Assembly (NCBI GenBank): GCA_021413905.1
Contig: JAIOPO010000003.1
Span: 1-49,870 of the forward strand
Length of the DNA: 49,870 nucleotides
DNA from: Candidatus Nomurabacteria bacterium
Lineage (GTDB): Bacteria > Patescibacteriota > Minisyncoccia > Phycocordibacterales > UBA9973
Direction: 5' to 3'
A program made the position numbers and the translations under genes. Every line of letters starts with the position of its first letter. Position 1 is the first letter of the stretch. The notes below the pieces were generated by a model. The model ran no database searches, was not told the origin of the DNA, and was given only the letters and a program-made list of their open reading frames with translations. Positions 43,377 to 49,870 of the stretch are shown in pieces.

Positions 43377-44282
43377 CTATTTTAACATGATTAAATATTT
43401 TTTCAAAAACAAACCAGTGGAAAAACTTTTTTTATTTTGTTTTAAACCAGGTAAACCAAGATCTTGTTCAAAATTTAAAAATTTATACCCTTTATTTAAA
43501 AGTAATTTAGCATCTTCCTGGATCATCCAATCATATATACCAGGATAAGAATAATTTGCTTTTGCAAAATGAGAAATAACATAAATGTCTGATATTGTTT
43601 CATAGATTGCATAGCCTGCAATCAAATTATCAACAAATAAAAAAGTACTTATTGTGTTATTATAAATTTTTGTATTTAAAAATTTATTAATAGCATTAAA
43701 TTCATTGCTATAATCAAAAGATTTATCAATCTCCTTTTTTTTAATTTCCCACAATTTATTCACTTCTTTTATATAACTTTTAGATTGAACTGAATTTAGA
43801 TCTAAAATTTTATAATAAAAACTATTACTTTCTGCAAACTTTTTTATTACTTTTCTTTTTTTTAAAAAAAATTCTCCTTCTAATTCAGAAAGTGATTTAA
43901 TATCATACTCATAATCAAAATGATCCCTGTCTTCTTGGATTTTGAACTTAGTATTATCTAAATCTTTAATAGAATCTTCGGGAACTAATTTCAGCTCAAG
44001 TTTTAATCCTTCTTTTTTTGAAAGTTCAAGCAATTCTTCTGCTGTTTCATTTACTTTATTATTTCCCAAAAAAGAATAAAAAGGTTCACCTGTAACATAG
44101 TCAGTGAACTTTACAACTAAATTATCATTCAATTGAGAAATCAGCATATCCCCCTTTATATCCCAAGACCACATTGAAACAAAATTAAAATCCGAATATG
44201 GCGGATATTTGTGAGTGATTTTTTCGACGTCTTCTTTGTCGGAAAGTTCCAAGTTCTTAAATTGTGGAAATTGAGGAAGCAT
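43377..44282 (-). CDS. DUF2156 domain protein (MprF C-terminal-like, GNAT-fold aminoacyl-lipid synthase-like)
   Basis: The N-terminal LELSDKEDVEKITHKYPPYSDFNFVSMWSWD and the C-terminal FEQDLGLPGLKQNKKSF resemble the DUF2156 pattern. Confidence 0.45.
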   Translation of the reverse strand: MLPQFPQFKNLELSDKEDVEKITHKYPPYSDFNFVSMWSWDIKGDMLISQLNDNLVVKFTDYVTGEPFYSFLGNNKVNETAEELLELSKKEGLKLELKLVPEDSIKDLDNTKFKIQEDRDHFDYEYDIKSLSELEGEFFLKKRKVIKKFAESNSFYYKILDLNSVQSKSYIKEVNKLWEIKKKEIDKSFDYSNEFNAINKFLNTKIYNNTISTFLFVDNLIAGYAIYETISDIYVISHFAKANYSYPGIYDWMIQEDAKLLLNKGYKFLNFEQDLGLPGLKQNKKSFSTGLFLKKYLIMLK

Positions 44283-44333
44283 AAAGCGAAAAAGAGCAGG
44301 CTCTTTAACACGAGTTCATTATACCATATATAT

Positions 44334-45242
44334 TTAAAAATACAAAAAGTAACTGCCGAGTAATAAAATAATGATTGCAATAAATTTTTGAATTATTATT
44401 TCTTTGTTTAAAGTTTCTTTTCCAAAGAATGGAAAAAATAATGTGATAATTATACCTAAAACAAAAACACACATTGGTTGAAAAGCTTCAACCAATAAAA
44501 CCAAAGCTGTCGCAGGTGCCAAAGTAATAGCTTTAGAAATTAAAATATTTCCACCCAAAGTAATAGCCTCCACAGCCAAACTCCAACTTATCATACTCTT
44601 TTTATTTTTATTTTTAAAAATACTTAAAAAATCTTGTCGGTAATTCTTTATACACAAGAAACATAAACCGGCAAAAAAAGTACCCATCAATTGCCAAAAA
44701 ATGGAAACAGAAAAACTGTCGACCGCACCAGCTCGAAATAAAATCTGATATACTGCAAACAAAAAAGAAGCGAGAGCTATGAAATAAAAAGCTTTTTTAT
44801 TAAATTTTAAATTTTTAAAATCCAAAGAAATAAAAATTGCACCCAAGACAACTATCAATCCTCCTAACATTTGTGAATTTGATAATTTTTCACCAAGAAA
44901 AAAATAACCTAAAATAAAAGCGAAAAATGGAATCAGCTGGAATACCGGTGTTACGGTAGAAGCTTCGCCTTCATTTAAAGCAAATAAATAACACAATGTT
45001 GCCAACGCGGAAAGGAAACCTGAAATTAACAATAAAACTTTATGATGTAAATCAATAAATAAAACATGAGAATTAAAGATAAAAACAAAAATTAAAACAA
45101 AAAAAGAAGAAAGAGAAGAAAAAGTAATAAGTCCTTTAATACCCATACCTGTCCCAAATTTATTAATCAAATATTTATCAATATGATTTGCAAAAGCCCA
45201 TAAAAGCGGAGCCCATATAGCGATCAAAAGCCAGTGATACAT
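44334..45242 (-). CDS. EamA/DMT family transporter
   Basis: 302 aa, 10 TM segments in two EamA-like halves. Confidence 0.65.
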   Translation of the reverse strand: MYHWLLIAIWAPLLWAFANHIDKYLINKFGTGMGIKGLITFSSLSSFFVLIFVFIFNSHVLFIDLHHKVLLLISGFLSALATLCYLFALNEGEASTVTPVFQLIPFFAFILGYFFLGEKLSNSQMLGGLIVVLGAIFISLDFKNLKFNKKAFYFIALASFLFAVYQILFRAGAVDSFSVSIFWQLMGTFFAGLCFLCIKNYRQDFLSIFKNKNKKSMISWSLAVEAITLGGNILISKAITLAPATALVLLVEAFQPMCVFVLGIIITLFFPFFGKETLNKEIIIQKFIAIIILLLGSYFLYF

Positions 45243-45256
45243 AAAAATATTCTAAC

Positions 45257-45284
45257 ACAAAAAACCATATTTTAATATATGGTT
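45257..45284 (-). terminator. intrinsic terminator after 5S rRNA
   Basis: Minus-strand AACCAUAU-AUUAAA-AUAUGGUU followed by UUUUUU. Confidence 0.6.
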
Positions 45285-45307
45285 AAATTTTTAGTAAATC
45301 AAATACT

Positions 45308-45421
<114 letters not shown>

Positions 45422-45803
45422 AAAACTTGATTTCACCCGCCTTTAGCGGGTTTGGTTTTTTGCGCCTCTTCGGCGCATCCGCTGTTGAGGCGGGTTTGTG
45501 ATTTCCAAATTTCTTAACAGGAATCGAAACATTAGTACTTCTCAGCTGAACGCATTACTGCGCTTACACTTAAAGCCTATCAACGTGATCATCTCTCACG
45601 GTTCTTAACGATTCCTAATCTTAAAGCTGGCTTCCCTCTTAGATGCTTTCAGAGGTTATCCATTCCCGACATAGCTACCGAGCAGTGCCCTTGGCAGGAC
45701 AGCTCGTACACCAGAGGTCAGTTCACCCCGGTCCTCTCGTACTAGGGGCAAATCTTCTCAAGAATCAACGAGTGCAGTAGATAGGAGACCAACCTGTCTC
45801 ACG

Positions 45804-46122
45804 CATCTACGTCACACATTACTGTGTGGATTGGACTATAGCTTCATCCTGAAAAAGTTTTCACTTTTGAAGGACTGCTGACGTTTAGTCTCTACGGGTG
45901 AATTAAAAATTCTTCCCTCGGTATTGCCCTCACTTACGTGATTGGGTTCCACCGATTTTAGTCAGCTTGTTACTATATATTTCTATACAGCACCGCCGTG
46001 ATGTGTATTTTTCAACACATGGTTAATTTCGATTAAAACAGTTTAAGTTCATAATATTTTGAACTCTTAATTCCTCTGAGGATTCAGACTATCCTGAAGT
46101 TAATATAAATATTAACTGAAGG
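45804..46122 (-). ncRNA. ORF-less group I intron at 23S position equivalent to E. coli U2593 (the I-CreI-type site)
   Basis: Interrupts GGGTTCAGACCGT^CGTGAGACAGG. The 5' exon ends in U and the intron ends in G. R-like GTAGAGACTAAACG and S-like AAGCTATAGTCC core elements. P3 GCTGAC/GTCAGC. P8 with a GAAA loop and P9 with a GUAA loop. Confidence 0.7.
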
Positions 46123-46706
46123 ACGGTCTGAACCCAGCTCGCGTACCTTTTTAATTGGCGAACAGCCAAACGCTTGGCAGCTTCTCCACCGCCGCGCTAA
46201 GGTGAGCCGACATCGAGGTGCCGAACTCCGCCGTCGATATGAACTCTTGGGCGGAATGCTTGAGATGTACCTCTTACAGTCAAGCCAGCTTGTGCCTATA
46301 CACTATCGGCACGGTTTCCATTCGCGCCTAGCTGACCTTTAAACCCCTCCTTTACTCTTTAGGAGGGTACAGCCCCAGTAAAACTATCCGCCAGATACTG
46401 TCTCAATACGTTTTTGCCGTATTGGTTAGAACATGCCTTCAAAAAGAATGGTATTTCACTGTTGAGTATTACAAAGCCGAGACCTTGCACATAACCTCTC
46501 CCATCTATTCTACGCAGTCTAAAAACATGCTCAATATCAAGTTATAGTAAAGCTTCTAGGGTCTTTTCGTCTAACTGCACTTAGCCGGCATCTTCACCGG
46601 CATTGTATTTTCACCGAGCTGGTCCTCGAGACAGTTTCCCAGTCATTACACCATTCGTGCGCGTCGGAACTTACCCGACAAGGTATTTCGCTACCTTAGG
46701 ACCGTT

Positions 46707-47521
46707 CTTTTCTTAAGGTATGAATGTGTACATATTGTTTACCAAATAAAAACTTAAAACGTGTTAACTTTATGTCGCCATAAAGATCGGACTATATCAT
46801 CGTTTTCAAATCGTCGACTCCAATAATTGATTTGAAACCGTCTTGCGTTTAGTCTCTGAGGATTCTTCTACTTTATCACATCTGATAAATTGTATTTTCG
46901 TTTTCTTCCTTTTCCTTCATTTAGAGTTTCTCTTAATTGAAGTATTTTTTCAAATCCTTCTTTTTTAAGATGTTCTCCTTCTGACATAATTTCAACAATT
47001 TGTTTAAAAATTGAAAAATTTGTCTTTTTTCTTGAAGAAATAAAATTAAACTTAATAAAGAATGGAATAATTTTTTCTTTTAGTGAAGCAACATTTGTCG
47101 CTTCATAATAGACCACTCCATCTTGTCTTTCTCGTAGAGTGCCACATCCAAGGATTTTTTTAATCCAAGCAAGTATAACTCTGTCTTTTTGAGAAATATT
47201 AAACGAAGCTGTTATTTTCCATTCACCTACATAGTCATTTCTTTTTTTAAGAGAAACATTAAAGCTCCCCTCACCGTCAGTAAAACCGGCTATATAATAT
47301 CCATCTTTTGGATTAATATTTTTAAGCCATTTTTCTTCTTGATTCATTTAGAAATTGTAGTAGAAGTCTTTCCTGCTGATTGTCTGCATGATTAAATTGT
47401 CACGGCAACATCGACATGTGCTCGTATTAATCAATACTTTTTTATCCCTTGATATTATCTCGGGACCCAGAGTTTCCAGCATTTGGCAAGATTTATTTGC
47501 GTAACTACAACGGTTTTGTCT
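46707..47521 (-). mobile_element. group I intron with LAGLIDADG homing endonuclease ORF at 23S position equivalent to E. coli 1917
   Basis: Interrupts GGCCGTAACTAT^AACGGTCCTAAGG. The internal guide CCGUU-GUAGUUAC (47501-47513) pairs with the 3' exon AACGG (P10) and the 5' exon GUAACUAU (P1, with a terminal U-G wobble). R-like CAGAGACTAAACG (46846-46858), S-like GATATAGTCC (46789-46798). The intron ends in G. Confidence 0.85.
46868..47347 (-). CDS. LAGLIDADG homing endonuclease (single-motif, I-CreI-like size)
   Basis: YIAGFTDGEGSFNVSL motif. 159 aa, wholly inside the intron. Confidence 0.85.
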   Translation of the reverse strand: MNQEEKWLKNINPKDGYYIAGFTDGEGSFNVSLKKRNDYVGEWKITASFNISQKDRVILAWIKKILGCGTLRERQDGVVYYEATNVASLKEKIIPFFIKFNFISSRKKTNFSIFKQIVEIMSEGEHLKKEGFEKILQLRETLNEGKGRKRKYNLSDVIK

Positions 47522-48974
47522 ATAGTTACGGCCGACATTCACCAGGGCTTATATCAGTCACCATTAATATTGCTATTAGCAACGCCGATATTTGACCTTC
47601 TGGCATTGGTCAGGTGTCACCCCCTATACATCCTCTTGCGAGTTCGCAGGGAGCTGTGTTTTTGGTAAACAGTTGCCAGGAAAACTTTCGCTGCGCCCCA
47701 GCCGTCTTGCGACTCTGGGGAAGCCTTATCCCGAAGTTACGGCTGCTTTTTTGCCGAGTTCCTTGAGGACCACTCACTCGTTCGTCTTGGTCTACTCGAC
47801 CTGATCACCTGTGTCGGTTTGCGGTACGGTTTCCATATTCATAAGTTTAGAGACTTTTCTTGGAAGCGTGCTTTGTATCATTATCCTATCCCTAGAGATA
47901 AAACTTTTTGCTTCTCTTTCATGTGCCATCAAAGGCATTACGCGGATTTTCCTACGTAACATAATCAAGACACAAACTTCAAATCCAATAATGAGCGATA
48001 CATACTACACTCCGTCATCCCATCACAAAATACGGAAGTCAGGGAATATTAACCCTGTGTCCATCGAGTACGGTTTTCACCATCCCCTTAGGCCCGACTA
48101 ACCCTTGGCTGATTGACATTACCAAGGAAACCTTGATCTTTCGACGTGATGCGTTCTCAGCATCATTGCGGTTACTTGTGCCAACATTCTTACTTCCAAA
48201 CGCTCCAAAGGCTCTCACGAGTCCTTCTTCACTGCAGATTGGAACACTCTCCTACCACTCCGTTTTGCCTAAGCAAAACGAAATCCTCAAATTCGGTATT
48301 ATACTTAGCCCCAATTATTTTCGGCGCAGAATCTCTAGATGAGTGAGCTGTTACGCTATCTTTAAAGGATGGCTGCTTCTAAGCCAACCTCCTCATTGTC
48401 TGAGAAATTCCACCTCCTTGTCTTACACTTAGTATAAATTTAGGGACCTTATTTTGAGATCCGGGCTGTTTCCCTTTTGGCTAATGGAGCTTCGCCCCCA
48501 TAGCCTAACTGCCAAGCTATAATCTCTGGTATTCGTAGTTTGGTAGGTTTCACGAGATTGCTCCCTGTTGAAACCTTCCAGTGCTCTACCCCCAGAGGAA
48601 ACACTTGACGCTAGCCCTAAAGCTATTTCGGAGAGAACCAGCTATTACCAGGTTCGATTAGCTTTTCACTCCTTACCACAGGTCATCCGATGACGTTGTA
48701 CGATCAACCGGTTCGGGCCTCCATAATTCTTTCGAATTACTTCACCCTGCCCATGGCAAGCTCACCTGGCTTCGGGTCTTATGCATACTACCAATTACGC
48801 GCTATTAACACTCGGTTTCCCTTGGGCTTCGCTGTTTTAGCCAGCTTAGCCAAGCAGTATGAATAAACTCGTTGGCTCATTCTTCAATAGGCACGCTGTC
48901 GTTCACCCGAAGGCGAACTTCAACTCCTTGTAGACATACGGTTTCAGGTCTATTTCACCGCCCTAATCGGGCTG

Positions 48975-49011
<37 letters not shown>

Positions 49012-49701
49012 ATCTTTAAGAGTATTTAGCCTTGCCAGTTAGTTCTGGCAGATTCCCCCCGGCTATTGATGTCCTGGGGTACTCAAGAATAACAATAAAA
49101 GAGATAAATTATTTTCGTTTACGGGACTATCACCCCCTACGGTTTTGCTTTCCAGCAAATTCAACTAATAATTTATTTTTTGACTCTTCTAGTAAACTAC
49201 ATTGTTATCTTACAACCCCGTAGTATTGCTACCACGGTTTGGGCTTCTTCCTTTTCGCTCGCCGCTACTTGGGAAATACATATTTGTCTCTATTCCTCCT
49301 GGTACTGAGATGTTTCACTTCCCAGGGTCTGCTTCGTTATCATAAAGATAAAGATTATTGAGGTTTACTCAATAGGGTTTCCCCATTCGGAAATCTCCGG
49401 ATCAAAGGTTGCTAGGCACCTCCCCGAAGCTTATCGCAGCAACGCCACGTCCTTCATCGCCTCTTAAAGTCAAGGCATCCACCGTACGCCCTTAAATTTC
49501 CTGTTAAGAAATTTGAAAATCACAATTTTATTAAACTGACTTTTCAGGTCAGAAAGTCCCATCTGATATGGGACAAGCTCTCTTTTCCGGACCGCTCCGT
49601 ACTTTCGAAAGCTGCTCTGTCTGGGGTTGCGAAAAGACCTCTCAATTCTAATTGCCCCGACAGTTTTAAGTTTTCAATATTCAAGCCTTTACTTACCAAA
49701 T

Positions 49702-49723
49702 AAAAAACCGCCTTTGGGGCGGC
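49702..49723 (-). terminator. intrinsic terminator upstream of the 23S gene
   Basis: Minus-strand GCCGCC-CCAAA-GGCGGU followed by UUUUUAUUU. Confidence 0.6.
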
Positions 49724-49798
49724 TTATACAGACAAAAGAAAGTCTGCTATAGCCACCTTTTGAACTTGTTTTTTATAATTACCATACTGATAAGTCAT

Positions 49799-49827
49799 AT
49801 ACTATACTAAAGCCAAAAAGAAGTCAA
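49799..49827 (-). promoter_or_regulatory. near-consensus sigma70-type promoter candidate
   Basis: Minus strand TTGACT (49827-49822), 17-nt spacer, TAGTAT (49804-49799). Confidence 0.35.
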
Positions 49828-49870
49828 ATCCTTACCCCTACCCTAAAATGGGTATAACTTGGGGATAAAA

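Noticed and set aside
44156-44380. 74-aa minus-strand ORF bridging the DUF2156 and EamA genes.
   Set aside because: It overlaps the ends of two better-supported ORFs in other frames and has no motif.

Overview
This is a visibly AT-rich, gene-dense bacterial window with short intergenic gaps. GC-rich islands occur only at RNA genes. The content fits a reduced-genome Candidate Phyla Radiation (Patescibacteria)-type organism using the standard code: an RF2 gene is present and long ORFs are open without UGA read-through.

Gene content, left to right:
- Housekeeping and envelope genes: SecG, RNase J, UppP, a DsbB/thioredoxin pair, DgkA-like kinase, two NUDIX hydrolases, and an orphan ParB/DGQHR gene.
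- tRNA-Gln.
- An eight-gene operon (13057-20852) ending in myo-inositol-1-phosphate synthase.
- A DUF3494 surface protein with a class F-like sortase.
- A minus-strand cobalamin island (23041-29131): DUF6580-like membrane protein, class II RNR, PduO adenosyltransferase, a compact cobalamin riboswitch, a DUF4430 protein, and a large DUF4430 plus alpha/alpha-toroid surface protein.
- A membrane-anchored NirK-type copper nitrite reductase.
- pyrG, ftsX, ftsE and prfB.
- tRNA-Thr, then a cluster of tRNA-Asp and two CAU tRNAs with a scrambled partial tRNA copy.
- An orphan sensor kinase and several unknown genes.
- A 5S-23S rRNA unit on the minus strand.

The 23S gene carries two group I introns. 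One sits at E. coli-equivalent position 1917 and encodes a LAGLIDADG endonuclease. The other sits at 2593 and has no ORF. The 23S gene also appears to lack about 90 nt of domain V, including the GGGGAUAACAGGCUGAU peptidyl-transferase strand.

I found no CRISPR array, IS element, integrase or prophage. All calls come from reading motifs in the given translations and DNA. No database search was run.
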